DNA of 29,964 nt from a virus (lineage: Duplodnaviria; Caudoviricetes), in the IMG/VR virus record IMGVR_UViG_3300036784_000019, positions 1 through 29,964 of that record, one strand, 5' to 3'. A model generated the notes under the pieces. The model ran no database searches, was not told the DNA's origin, and saw only the letters and a list, made by a program, of their open reading frames with translations. Shown here piece by piece: positions 1-9,054 of the stretch. The position numbers were made by a program, and so were the translations under genes. Within the stretch, counting starts at the first letter, position 1. Every line of letters begins with the position of its first letter.

Positions 1-846
1 GGTCGCGCCTGACTTTACGTTGCCGGGAGCGTTCTGGATGGTCGTAAACCCCGGTAGCGATACGGAGCCCGGCGCGGTCGTGTTCGCGTACGGGAACGAG
101 ACGACAATCAGGTCCCCGCCCTGGACCCCGGCGGGCAGCGTGACCGTGAAGCTGGTACCAGACGCAGTGTCGGTGTTCTTGGTGCCGACAAATGACCACG
201 CAGGCACCAGCTCGACCGCTATCAGGCCCCAGTCGTCCGCTGACGCGGTGGTAGTGAACCCGACCGTCTGCGAGCCGCCCGCAGACGCCACGGTGCCGCC
301 GACGCTGTTGTCCGCCGCCGTGGTGGCATCCTGACTCAATGCGTACCGGACGGTGACGCTGTTCGTACCGGAGAAGACACCGCCTCCGACGCCGCCGCCG
401 AAGCACGCCGCAGCGCAGATCAGCCCGCCGGCAGTGGTACCGGACACCGAGAGGGTAGGCGACGTTGCACCCACGGGGTTAGCGGTTGCGATCGACGGGT
501 TGAAACCGCCGGACCCCGTGGCGGATACAGAGCCGCCGATCATGACATCAGCGCCCGTGAACGTCACGTCAACCGAGTTAGAGCCGGTCGGCGGATTCGC
601 CAGGTACCACACGGCGATACCACCAGCGGTGAGGTTGCCCGAAACGACGAACGGGCTAATCAGCGTGCAGGCCACGCCCCCGTAGGTGACCCCCGTGACC
701 AGGTTGGAGCTGCCGTTACCCGTGGTGACGCTGATAAGGATCGCGGAGGCGTTCGCTCCGCTGACGTGCGTCCAGGTTAGCGGGGACGTGGTGGATTCAG
801 CAGCCGTACCAGAGGCCGGCCCTACAGCGTCAAAGGCGACAGCCAC
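1..846 (-). CDS. Ser/Thr/Gly-rich virion structural (fibre/tail-associated) protein, runs off the window edge
   Basis: Not in the ORF track because there is no stop in the window. GTG at 846 lies 3 nt after the upstream stop. Translated by hand: MAVAFDAVGPASGTAAESTTSPLTWTHVSG...VTLPAGVQGGDLIVV..., open to base 1; beta-rich composition. Confidence 0.7.
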   Translation of the reverse strand, partial: MAVAFDAVGPASGTAAESTTSPLTWTHVSGANASAILISVTTGNGSSNLVTGVTYGGVACTLISPFVVSGNLTAGGIAVWYLANPPTGSNSVDVTFTGADVMIGGSVSATGSGGFNPSIATANPVGATSPTLSVSGTTAGGLICAAACFGGGVGGGVFSGTNSVTVRYALSQDATTAADNSVGGTVASAGGSQTVGFTTTASADDWGLIAVELVPAWSFVGTKNTDTASGTSFTVTLPAGVQGGDLIVVSFPYANTTAPGSVSLPGFTTIQNAPGNVKSGAT

Positions 847-849
847 GTG

Positions 850-1461
850 TCAGCCCCCCAGGCGGTAACTCCCCGGCAGGAGCCCAGGATCGAGAGCAGG
901 CGGGTTCATTGCCGGCGGAAGAATTCCCTGCTCGCGCAAGCCATTCACGTATGCGCGTATCTTGAGCGGCCGGGGCTCGTAAGTGTGATGGTGAACTACG
1001 TTCCCGTGCAGGCAGCAGCCGATTCCGTGGCTCTCCATCAGGTAGTCGTTGAACCTGCGGTCGATGCTTACCTGCGTTTCACCCCGGAATGCGGACACAG
1101 GGACTAGGCGCTGGATTTCCGCGCTGAACTTAGTAACTCCGAATCCGCCCAGGACGAGCGTTGTATGCGGCTCCGGGTTAATCCAGTAGGTGTACGCGCA
1201 CCACAGGCCAGAACACGTCAGGAAGCTGGGAAGGCAAAGGCTGTGAACTTCCTTGTCCTGCTCGACGATGATCAGGTCTTCCTCGCCGTGCCAGCGCTTT
1301 TCCATCTCGTCCGCGTAAGTCTGGAAGTTGTCTGTGGTGTCTACCCACTCCACTCCCAGGCCCACCTCGGCCGCGTACTTGTTAAGCGCTGCCTCCGTGC
1401 GGGGGTCCAGGCAGCTCCTGGCCGGGTAAGTGCCCCCGTACATGCAGACGAGGCGTGCCAT
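850..1461 (-). CDS. GT-A-fold glycosyltransferase-like protein
   Basis: Start reassigned to ATG 1461 (TAATG overlap with upstream stop). DLIIVEQD is a DxD-like motif after a hydrophobic strand; also LGGFGVTKFS and C-terminal HGNVVHHH. Confidence 0.55.
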   Translation of the reverse strand: MARLVCMYGGTYPARSCLDPRTEAALNKYAAEVGLGVEWVDTTDNFQTYADEMEKRWHGEEDLIIVEQDKEVHSLCLPSFLTCSGLWCAYTYWINPEPHTTLVLGGFGVTKFSAEIQRLVPVSAFRGETQVSIDRRFNDYLMESHGIGCCLHGNVVHHHTYEPRPLKIRAYVNGLREQGILPPAMNPPALDPGLLPGSYRLGG

Positions 1462-2366
1462 TACGCCGTCCGGTAAATCAGCGGGGCAGATACCGTCAGG
1501 GTGTTGCTGGCGCTGGACGCCGACCACTTCGCTGTGAGGATGATCGGGCCAGCGCCGGAAATCGTCGTAGCTGTCTGGGCAGTTACCGCGTTGCTGGCGG
1601 CTGTGGCCAAAGACGCAGCGTTGTTGTACCACCAGTTCAAGTTGGCGGTCGCGCTGGTAGTCGAAATCAGCGTCAAGGTGCCGTTTACGTCGAAGGTAAG
1701 ACCAGTCGTTGTCGTAGTCAGGAGCGCCGGAGCGCTTGTTCCGGTAAGCAGCGTAGACAGGGCTGTAGACCCCGTGGAAGTGAACGCCCCGCCGACGCTA
1801 CCCGAGCCGCCCCAGTACAGCTTCCACTGAAGAGTAGGCAGCGCGCCGCCCTGCACCTTGCCAAACGTCCCGAACGCAATGGCCTCGAAGCTGGCTCCCG
1901 CCACGATGTCTGACGTTACGGGCGTGTAAGTAGCAATAACTGTCTCAGTCGTAGACGTGTTCAGGGTGACCGAGGAAACTCCCGCGCCAGGGGCCTGCTT
2001 GAAGTTCTGGAGCGTGTACGGCGCGATAACCTGAACCCATGTAGCCCCGGAGGCGTGCGCGACCGTTGCACCGTTGATTCCCCGGATCACGCTCCACGTA
2101 GTGGTATTACTCCCGCCGAGGATAACCATGCAGATCTCGTTCGTGGTATCGGCAGGGTCACGAATGTAGAAGTAGTTGTACGGGAACGTAGTCTGCTGTG
2201 CTACTGGAAACGAGGTTGAACCCGTGCTCATTGTCCACGTCTCGTTGGTGAGGGCAGACGGGTTACTTGTACCGTTACTGCCACCCGAGCCAGCCGCAGC
2301 TACGCACGACGAGCAGTTGCCAAATACTTCCGTGCTGGGCGTCGGTACCGGGTAGGTCCCTGACAT
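1461..2366 (-). CDS. Thr/Ser/Gly-rich virion structural protein
   Basis: 301 aa, SD GAGGAAGG. The segment EICMV...WSVIRGINGATVAHASGA resembles phage tail/fibre attachment modules; lies among structural genes. Confidence 0.65.
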   Translation of the reverse strand: MSGTYPVPTPSTEVFGNCSSCVAAAGSGGSNGTSNPSALTNETWTMSTGSTSFPVAQQTTFPYNYFYIRDPADTTNEICMVILGGSNTTTWSVIRGINGATVAHASGATWVQVIAPYTLQNFKQAPGAGVSSVTLNTSTTETVIATYTPVTSDIVAGASFEAIAFGTFGKVQGGALPTLQWKLYWGGSGSVGGAFTSTGSTALSTLLTGTSAPALLTTTTTGLTFDVNGTLTLISTTSATANLNWWYNNAASLATAASNAVTAQTATTISGAGPIILTAKWSASSASNTLTVSAPLIYRTA

Positions 2367-2394
2367 ACCTTCCTCCTCTCAGGGCGAAGAAGGC

Positions 2395-2874
2395 TTAGCT
2401 GGCGGTCCAGGCGGCGAGGCCGTTCACCGCGTCAACGGTGTACGTGAAGGCCGCAGCCGTAGAGGTGACGGTCTGACCGAAGTCGATGATGGCGATCACG
2501 GGAGTGGTCGCGTCTGTGGTGCCGATGGTGTAGTCAGCAATGAACATCGACGCTGCCGAGATCGTGGTGGTGGTGCCGAAGCTGATCGGGGCCGGGGCAG
2601 TGCAAGTCCAGACTTCCTTGTTGCCCGATATGGTCAGCGTGAGCGTGGTCAGCGCCAGCCGCCCCGCGTAGCCCGACGTGTACCCGCCGCCGGTCACGAC
2701 CTCGGTGTAAGCGCCCGTGATGTCCGAGATGAACTGGTACGCCTCTTGCGTCGCACCCCACGTTGCCGCTGACCCGGTGCACAGGCCCACCTTGAACGTG
2801 TCAGTGGTGAGGTTGATCGTCTTCTTGTTGATGGCGTCGATCGCCTTCGGGTAGACGTGCGAGGTAACGGCCAT
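2395..2874 (-). CDS. Conserved phage virion/tail-associated structural protein
   Basis: ATG 2874 with SD GGAAGG. Pattern INLTTDTFKVGL...EV.TGGGYTSG...PVIAIIDFG is typical of a widespread phage structural family. Confidence 0.7.
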   Translation of the reverse strand: MAVTSHVYPKAIDAINKKTINLTTDTFKVGLCTGSAATWGATQEAYQFISDITGAYTEVVTGGGYTSGYAGRLALTTLTLTISGNKEVWTCTAPAPISFGTTTTISAASMFIADYTIGTTDATTPVIAIIDFGQTVTSTAAAFTYTVDAVNGLAAWTAS

Positions 2875-2894
2875 CAGTTGCACCTTCCAGGGCA

Positions 2895-2918
2895 TGAAGA
2901 GTCTTCACGACAAGAGTA
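2895..2918 (-). promoter_or_regulatory. Putative late promoter/operator, copy 1: TACTCT-N3-CGTGAAGAC with palindrome TGAAGA-N-TCTTCA
   Basis: Same motif occurs upstream of the protease and portal genes. Confidence 0.55.
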
Positions 2919-2954
2919 CTGTGTACCGGCTTCATAGTCATCTGAGCATGTCAG

Positions 2955-3475
2955 GGTTATCCTGCGAATGTGACGGCCAAGGGTGTTCCGCTTATCGGAG
3001 ACCGCTGCGGTAAGCCCATGACCGTAGCTGGCAGCTTCTGTGGAATGCCCGCCGGGCACCTAGAACGATGTCGCACACCCGAGGCAGTGGCGCGGGGATA
3101 CGCACGGGCGACGGCACGCCGCCAGAAACTCATAGCTGAACGGCACAAGTGGGTTGACCAGTACAAGCTGTCGCGAGGGTGCATCGACTGCGGCTTTGCA
3201 GATCACCCTGTTGCCCTGGACTTCGACCACCGTGACCCTGAGCTGAAGATAGCCGACGTGTCATCGCTCCTGTGGGCACCACTCGCCCGGCTCCAGGCAG
3301 AACTGAACAAATGCGACGTACGCTGCGCGAATTGCCACCGGATAATCACGTACAACCGACGAAGGCCCGTCCCCAGCATTGCTGAAGACGGGCCTGTCGC
3401 GAGATAACTGGATCACCCCCCAGGTAAAGCAGCAGATCAGGTTCATCTCCACCACCTCCTGGTTGGTTATCCTGC
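2955..3475. repeat. 11-bp direct repeat GGTTATCCTGC (2955-2965 and 3465-3475) bracketing the HNH gene
   Basis: Exact repeat read from the sequence. Confidence 0.6.
2970..3407 (+). CDS. HNH endonuclease (free-standing, antisense to the operon)
   Basis: GCIDCG...LDFDHRDP...KCDVRCANCHR zinc-HNH motifs; -10 TATCCT 6 nt before the GTG start (leaderless). Confidence 0.9.
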   Translation: MTAKGVPLIGDRCGKPMTVAGSFCGMPAGHLERCRTPEAVARGYARATARRQKLIAERHKWVDQYKLSRGCIDCGFADHPVALDFDHRDPELKIADVSSLLWAPLARLQAELNKCDVRCANCHRIITYNRRRPVPSIAEDGPVAR

Positions 3476-3697
3476 CTACAGCCTAGATTCCACCCGCCAC
3501 ATTTCCTGGACTTGACGAGCGGTGTAATCGCACACACTCGACGGGAGCTTGCGGGCAACCTTGGAGAGCCAGGTCGAGAGGTCGTGCTGGAAGTCGCGGT
3601 GGCACGTGAACTGGACGAGGTGCGCAAAGGCGCTAACTTCCTCGTCTGTCAGGTCCGTGCTCTCCACGTCATACGTAAACGGCCTCATGTGGCTCAT
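3476..3697 (-). CDS. Hypothetical protein
   Basis: ATG 3697 lies 1 nt after the upstream stop; MSHMRPFTYDVES... Confidence 0.55.
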   Translation of the reverse strand: MSHMRPFTYDVESTDLTDEEVSAFAHLVQFTCHRDFQHDLSTWLSKVARKLPSSVCDYTARQVQEMWRVESRL

Positions 3698-3698
3698 G

Positions 3699-3896
3699 TT
3701 AGCTGATGCCGTTACTGAGTACCTGTACTGGCCAGGAGATTGACTCGGGGATATACTCCCCGCTCGCCCCGATGCGCCGCCACGTCCAGGAATCGCACTT
3801 CTGCCAGACAATGGTGTCCGCTGCCTCAATCACGGTGCCGAGCTTGCACGCGTTGAGGAAGTTCACCCACATGCCCTGGCGGTCTTCACCGCTCAC
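3699..3896 (-). CDS. Hypothetical protein
   Basis: GTGA overlap with the upstream gene; 65 aa. Confidence 0.6.
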   Translation of the reverse strand: MSGEDRQGMWVNFLNACKLGTVIEAADTIVWQKCDSWTWRRIGASGEYIPESISWPVQVLSNGIS

Positions 3897-4429
3897 CGCG
3901 TCAGCTCAAGGTCACGGTTGTACAGGGCCAGCGGGTCAACGTAGCCGGGCCAGCGCTGGTCGGTGAACAGGTGAATGCCCGCCTCCTGGTCCGCCTGGTC
4001 AACGAGCTGTGAGCAGATCATGTGCCGCGTGGACTTGATGTACGCCTGGAGGCCGGGGGCCGGGATGTCCAGCCGGTGGGCAACCAGGGCGAAGTAGTCA
4101 AGGGCGCTGTAGGGAACGCCGTGCCGTCCCCACGGGCCGGCCATGGTGTACTTCTTGGCGGCGTCGGCCGCTGCCTGGTTCTGGGCGGCGGTACCGAGGC
4201 TGTACAGGCCGTGGCACCAGTAGATGACGCCGTACTCCGTGTACTGGCGGACGCGCGCTCCGCCGGGCTCAGCCTCGACGATCAGGCCGTTGCCGATGGA
4301 CATGAACGCGTGTTCCCACGTCTTGAAGCCGTCGCCGTTGAACCACTGCCCTATCTCGATCAGCTTGCCAACGTCGCCACGGACGGCGGTGAGGCCGATG
4401 AGCCCTGCGGGGGGATCTGTAGAAGTCAT
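3893..4429 (-). CDS. Permuted papain-like NlpC/P60 (YiiX/YebB-type) hydrolase
   Basis: His first (WEHAFMSIGNGLIVEAEPGG), GVPYS, Cys late (MICSQLV). Start at ATG 4429, 6 nt after -10 TACCCT. Confidence 0.8.
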   Translation of the reverse strand: MTSTDPPAGLIGLTAVRGDVGKLIEIGQWFNGDGFKTWEHAFMSIGNGLIVEAEPGGARVRQYTEYGVIYWCHGLYSLGTAAQNQAAADAAKKYTMAGPWGRHGVPYSALDYFALVAHRLDIPAPGLQAYIKSTRHMICSQLVDQADQEAGIHLFTDQRWPGYVDPLALYNRDLELTR

Positions 4430-4483
4430 GAGCCTAGGGTAAGCCTGCGGCGAGGCCGCCAAAAGGGTTGGCAACGGAACCTC

Positions 4484-4792
4484 TTAGTGCTTCTCAGCGA
4501 TATCGCCAGACGACGATACTACCTTCAGCGTGCGGAGCGCCTTGCGGCTGCCGAGGCTCTGGCCCTTGCGCAGGTCACTGCCCTCTGTGTTCGGGTTGCC
4601 GTACGACATGCCGTGCCAGATGCCGGCGGTGGGCCTGACCATCTGCGCGTAGATCATGCACTCAGCGCGCACGGGGCACGAGCGACGGCACAGGGTAACG
4701 GCCTGCACCTGGTCGGAGGGAGTCTCGGACAGCCAGAAGTTCTTCAGCCCTCGCTGAACGAGCTGGACGCAGGCCGCGTAGGTAAAGTCCAT
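4484..4792 (-). CDS. whiB: WhiB-family transcription factor
   Basis: AC...AVTLCRRSCPVRAEC...GIWHG: four Cys plus a variant of the G[IV]WGG turn. Confidence 0.85.
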   Translation of the reverse strand: MDFTYAACVQLVQRGLKNFWLSETPSDQVQAVTLCRRSCPVRAECMIYAQMVRPTAGIWHGMSYGNPNTEGSDLRKGQSLGSRKALRTLKVVSSSGDIAEKH

Positions 4793-4820
4793 GTCCGGTA
4801 TAACCCCATAAGCACCGTGC

Positions 4821-5396
4821 TTATTTCACAGGCGCAGGCTTCTGCCATGCACCACGGATGATCTGCGCCGCGCCGCCGGGCGAGATAATGCAGTCGTCCA
4901 CGATGACCTGCCAGCCGAGGGCAGCGACATCCGTGTCCCACATGCCGCCGGCGAGGATCGCACCGGGCTTCATCTTGCCGATGATGTGCTGCTCCAGCTT
5001 GTACTCCGCAGCCGGGTCGCGAAACGGCCGGTACAGCCAGATCAGGTCGGCGTCCTCGTAGATCAAGCTGAACTCCAGGGCGTCACCCGTCGCCACCTGA
5101 GTGCCGAATTCCTTCCGCGCCTCGTCGGCCATGTCCTTGTCAATCTCGATTCCCCAGGCGGTCATGCCGAACAGCGCCTCCGCAATCTGCATCTTGGTGC
5201 CGGGCCCGCAGCCAACGTCCAGGAAGTGCTCGCCGGTCAACTCGGGCAGGCACTCCCAGACAATCCCGATGAAGTCGGCGGGCTGGTAGGGCATCCACGG
5301 GTTGAGAATCGGGTCGTGACGCGGGCCGTGGAGGAGGTACCTGTGCTCGGTCTGCTGAACATCCGAAACCAGCTTGGCAAGGGATTCAAGGCTCAC
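4821..5396 (-). CDS. Class I SAM-dependent methyltransferase
   Basis: FLDVGCGPG motif I, WGIEID motif II, GDAL, LIWLYRPF. Confidence 0.85.
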   Translation of the reverse strand: MSLESLAKLVSDVQQTEHRYLLHGPRHDPILNPWMPYQPADFIGIVWECLPELTGEHFLDVGCGPGTKMQIAEALFGMTAWGIEIDKDMADEARKEFGTQVATGDALEFSLIYEDADLIWLYRPFRDPAAEYKLEQHIIGKMKPGAILAGGMWDTDVAALGWQVIVDDCIISPGGAAQIIRGAWQKPAPVK

Positions 5397-5866
5397 TGTG
5401 AACTCTCTTCACTAGGGAGGTCCACGTACGTGATCTCCTCGATGGCAATCTTGCGCTCGTAGCCGTCGTCGCCGGGATTGTAGTAGCCGGGGTCGTGGTC
5501 GCGCTGGTCTACCGTGAACGGCAGCTCCAGGCACCGGAACCACACCTGGCAGACCTTGCCGTTCTCGTCCAGTACCACGTCGATGGTGCTCGTGCGGTGG
5601 AGGGTGCCGTTGCCGCCGTAGTTGTGGCGCGGGGCGAACGCGGGAGGGCGCTTGGGCTCAGGCCGGGGTACCACCACGTGCTGGCCCTTCATCGGTCCTG
5701 TGTACGGGCGCTTGTCCCGGCCGAGCGACTTTTCCAGCTTCTCGCGCAGCTCCAGCTCGTCCGCATGGCTGAACTTCCCGGTATACGGGCTGATGTACGG
5801 CTCGTCGGGATCAGTTACCGGGCGGGAGCCCGTAAGGGAATCCCAGAAGCTCTGCCAGAGGCTCAC
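5393..5866 (-). CDS. Hypothetical protein
   Basis: Coupled by 4-nt overlaps at both ends; 157 aa. Confidence 0.7.
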   Translation of the reverse strand: MSLWQSFWDSLTGSRPVTDPDEPYISPYTGKFSHADELELREKLEKSLGRDKRPYTGPMKGQHVVVPRPEPKRPPAFAPRHNYGGNGTLHRTSTIDVVLDENGKVCQVWFRCLELPFTVDQRDHDPGYYNPGDDGYERKIAIEEITYVDLPSEESSQ

Positions 5867-6087
5867 TGCTTCTCCACCACCTTCATGCTCACCGAGTTCT
5901 CGGCAAGCTCCTGCATGGTGAACGCGTCGAACGGGTGGAAGTCTTCCCGGCAGTTGTAACCGGACAGCAGCATCGAGATCAGGCTGGCTTCCTTGCCCCG
6001 GATGCGGAACTTCTTCCCGTTCAGGATCACGTCGTAGTAGCCCGCGTTGTACGGGCCCTCGAAGCCGGGCTCAAGCTGAATCGCCAT
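5863..6087 (-). CDS. Hypothetical protein
   Basis: 74 aa, overlaps both neighbours in the operon. Confidence 0.65.
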   Translation of the reverse strand: MAIQLEPGFEGPYNAGYYDVILNGKKFRIRGKEASLISMLLSGYNCREDFHPFDAFTMQELAENSVSMKVVEKQ

Positions 6088-6262
6088 CGGCCTTTTCGTC
6101 CGCGTCCTCTTCGGTTGTGAAAGTTCCCGGTGGGAAGCCGCCGTTTGCTACCCATTCGATAAGGCCGAAGCCCCCGGTACCTGGCAGGTAATCCTCTGGG
6201 CGGTCGCCGCCACGGATCTCCGGCGCTGGCTTTCCCTCGTCAACTGGCTCTGGTTCGCTCAT
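6071..6262 (-). CDS. Small acidic hypothetical protein
   Basis: ATG 6 nt after -10 TAGAGT. Confidence 0.6.
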   Translation of the reverse strand: MSEPEPVDEGKPAPEIRGGDRPEDYLPGTGGFGLIEWVANGGFPPGTFTTEEDADEKADGDSA

Positions 6263-6306
6263 GGGCGCACTCTACCCCTGCCAGCGACTATAGCGCTAGC
6301 GCTTCG

Positions 6307-6660
6307 TCACCCTTCGGTGATTCCAGCAGTGTCGTTAGTGGCGGAAAGCGTAGCTACAGCGGTGAGACTGCTGCCTCCGTAAACTACTTGCGCCCGGATG
6401 TAACGTGCCGGGTTGATAAGAGGCGGAAGCGGCCACGCAGTATTAGCAGGAGACGCGCCGACTGCGACAGGCACCACAAGCTCGTACCAGTTAGTCCCGT
6501 CCATGGACCCGTAAACTCCAACAGTACAGGCGTCACTGACGGTGAAGACCCCGAAGACAACGCTCTTTACTTCGAGCAGGTCGATCGTAGGTCCGTCGTG
6601 AGTTCCTGCTCCTACTGAGGACAGGTTCAGTGCGGCAACAGGGCCGGTCCAGCTACTCAT
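6307..6660 (-). CDS. Small beta-sandwich protein, possibly virion-associated
   Basis: VYGSMDGTNWY...ARYIRA pattern seen in small phage structural proteins; SD GAAGGGAAG. Confidence 0.55.
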   Translation of the reverse strand: MSSWTGPVAALNLSSVGAGTHDGPTIDLLEVKSVVFGVFTVSDACTVGVYGSMDGTNWYELVVPVAVGASPANTAWPLPPLINPARYIRAQVVYGGSSLTAVATLSATNDTAGITEG

Positions 6661-6672
6661 TGGTTCTTCCCT

Positions 6673-7770
6673 TCAGTCCGGCAGCAGCCACTCTGGGTGC
6701 GCCAGGGTCCATTCCACGGTCTTCCGCAAGCTATCACGGAACGGCACCGGCATCGACCAGCCGAGGTTGTACAGCTTGGACGGATCGAGTCCGTAGTGCG
6801 GGTCGTGGCCCGGCCGGGTGGAGTGGAAGTCCTCCAGCTTGAACTTCAGCGGCTTGCCGATGTCCTCTGCGATCATCCGCGCGAGCGTCAGGTTGTCGAT
6901 CCTGTCCGGCGAGGCAACGTTGTAGCGGTCGGGCCTGTCCGCAGAATGAACATCGTAGGCCGGAACGTGAGAATGAAACAGCGCCGGGGTCTGCTCGCGC
7001 TTGAAGATAAAGCACATCGCGTCCGCGAGGTTCCGGGCGTGCAGGTAGTGGCGCGTGCCGATGTTGCCCGGCGTGCCGTGGATGGTGACTTCCTCGCGCC
7101 GGTAGACCTTGGAGATCACCATCGGGATGAACTTCTCCAGATCCTGGCGCTCCCCGATCATGTTCATGCAGTTCACGATCACCACCGGCAGGCCGTACGT
7201 GCGCCAGTAGGAGATAGCGAGGGCTTCCTGCGCGGCCTTGGAGGCGCTGTAGGGGTTGCTGGGCAGGATAGAGGCCCACTCCGGGTGGCCCTTGAAGTCA
7301 TCGGCCGCCACCGGGCCGTACACCTCGTCGGTGGACACCCAGGTGATTGCCGCAGGACGCAGCTTCCGGGCCAGCTCCAGGGTCGTGTAGGCGATTTCAA
7401 TGTTATTCCGGCAGAAGTTCACAGGGTCGGAGATAGAGCGGTCTACGTGGCTCTCCGACGCGAACGCGGCTATGTAGTCAATTCCCTTCGCCTGTAGCTC
7501 GCGCACCTGCTGGGCTGTGAACGGCGCGCACAGGTCGTGGGTGATAACCGTCGTGCGCTGGTACCAGTTAACGTAGCTCGGCTGCTTGTCCGCGTAATCC
7601 CAGGAAGTCTTCGGCTGCGCCGACAGTACCTGCGCGATCCGGTCGGTACGCCCCTTGTGCCGGAACGAGTCGGTGGCTACCACGTCCCAGTCAGTAGTGG
7701 ACAGGACGTGCTCCAGGAAATGATGAGCTACGAAGCCACCCGCGCCCGTGATCAGGATCGTCTTATTCAT
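6673..7770 (-). CDS. rfbB: dTDP-glucose 4,6-dehydratase-like extended SDR
   Basis: Start ATG 7770 (MNKTILITGAGGFV); ASESHVDRSI, STDEVYG, PSNPYSASKA, EKFIP, RPGHD motifs. Confidence 0.9.
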   Translation of the reverse strand: MNKTILITGAGGFVAHHFLEHVLSTTDWDVVATDSFRHKGRTDRIAQVLSAQPKTSWDYADKQPSYVNWYQRTTVITHDLCAPFTAQQVRELQAKGIDYIAAFASESHVDRSISDPVNFCRNNIEIAYTTLELARKLRPAAITWVSTDEVYGPVAADDFKGHPEWASILPSNPYSASKAAQEALAISYWRTYGLPVVIVNCMNMIGERQDLEKFIPMVISKVYRREEVTIHGTPGNIGTRHYLHARNLADAMCFIFKREQTPALFHSHVPAYDVHSADRPDRYNVASPDRIDNLTLARMIAEDIGKPLKFKLEDFHSTRPGHDPHYGLDPSKLYNLGWSMPVPFRDSLRKTVEWTLAHPEWLLPD

Positions 7771-8818
7771 CGAAGAACTCCGTCCAGGTAACCATGGCGT
7801 TCGCCAGGAGCTTCCAGTACTCCGAGCGCTCAGGGTCATCATGCGAGAACTCGTGCACCGTACCAGATAGCTGCCTGTAGCAGGCGGCTACCGTCGTCCC
7901 GGTCAGCTCAGCGGCCTTGACCTCGCGCCACAGCTTCTCGTGCACTGCGATACCCGGCGCTTCCTTGATGACGCGCATGGTCGGGTCGGATTCCTTGGTG
8001 TGAAAAATGCTCGGGCCGCCGGAAGTGACGGCATAGCCCAGGTGATCGCAGATCTTCTTGGCGAACAGGCCGGCCCAGATGTCGTCGAAGCGGTCGAACG
8101 GCAGGGGATTGGTCCCGTTAGGGAACATGTGGTCATAGGCGTCATCGCGGATGCGCCCCTGGAGCATGAAGTACATCGCCGGGACCATCTCGCGCCTGAA
8201 CGCCAGGTTCATGCCGCACATCGGGAAGAACTGCCCGGTCGGCACGCGCCTAACCCCGTGCACGGGGTCCAGCCGCAGCTTGGAGTGCTCCAGCGCAGTG
8301 ATGCCGTCCAGGTCGGGGACGCCTGACCACAGGCCGTGGTGGATCGCTACCTGCTGCTGCTCTTGCCGGATGCCGTAGGGGTATCCCCTTGGATACAGGC
8401 CCGACCAGTAGATGGTGTTGTACCAGGAGTCATCAGGGTGCGCATGAGCCAGTTCCCACTTGATGGCGTCTACGTAGCCGGCGTCCTCCTCCTCAGGGAA
8501 GCAGTCGTCGTCCAGGGTCCAGATGTAGTCGTGGCCGGCCTGGTACGCCTTCAGGAAACCGTAGCTCTTGATGGCGCTCGTGCGGCGGGGAATGACCCAG
8601 GATTTGTCCCCGAGATCTTTGTCGATCTCTTTCCAGGAGTAGTGCTTCCAGCCCTTGACCACCTTGAGGAACTGCAAGTCATCCGTCTTCTCAGGCTGGT
8701 CCTCCACCACGTAGACGGATACGCCCTTCAGCTCGTGTGCCCAGGCATCAAACCAGCGGGCGAACGACTCGGGGCGGCACGTGGCGATGACCACGGCGAG
8801 AGTGGGAGCCTTGGTCAT
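7763..8818 (-). CDS. Reversibly glycosylated polypeptide (RGP) / UDP-arabinopyranose mutase family protein (GT75)
   Basis: YIWTLDDDCFP, RGYPYGIR, HGLWSGVPDLD, FPMCGMNLAF, PAMYF and RFDDIWAG are collinear with the plant RGP/UAM motifs TIDDDC, RGYPFSLR, HGLWLNIPDYD, FPMCGMNLAF, PAMYF and RYDDMWAG. Confidence 0.88.
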   Translation of the reverse strand: MTKAPTLAVVIATCRPESFARWFDAWAHELKGVSVYVVEDQPEKTDDLQFLKVVKGWKHYSWKEIDKDLGDKSWVIPRRTSAIKSYGFLKAYQAGHDYIWTLDDDCFPEEEDAGYVDAIKWELAHAHPDDSWYNTIYWSGLYPRGYPYGIRQEQQQVAIHHGLWSGVPDLDGITALEHSKLRLDPVHGVRRVPTGQFFPMCGMNLAFRREMVPAMYFMLQGRIRDDAYDHMFPNGTNPLPFDRFDDIWAGLFAKKICDHLGYAVTSGGPSIFHTKESDPTMRVIKEAPGIAVHEKLWREVKAAELTGTTVAACYRQLSGTVHEFSHDDPERSEYWKLLANAMVTWTEFFDE

Positions 8819-9054
8819 AACTTCCTTTCCTCTGCAACGTGATCCCAGAGCACACTCAGGGCCTCAGTGACGTAAGTTCCCGGATCGACAGGCAGCGCGG
8901 CGAAGTACCTGTCGAGCCGCCGCAGCGCGTTGATCGGCGTGAGCTTGGGAGTAGCAGGCTTAGCAGGTACGGCATGCCAGCCTTCGCGGCTGAACTCGTA
9001 GACAAGCCCCTCTGCAACGCCGGTTACTACGTTCTTCGGTACGATCTCGTTCAT
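8815..9054 (-). CDS. Hypothetical protein
   Basis: ATGA coupling at both ends inside the sugar cluster. Confidence 0.65.
   Translation of the reverse strand: MNEIVPKNVVTGVAEGLVYEFSREGWHAVPAKPATPKLTPINALRRLDRYFAALPVDPGTYVTEALSVLWDHVAEERKL

Noticed and set aside
6292-6303. Palindrome AGCGCTAGCGCT
   Set aside because: Single short GC-rich palindrome with no second copy or U-tract.
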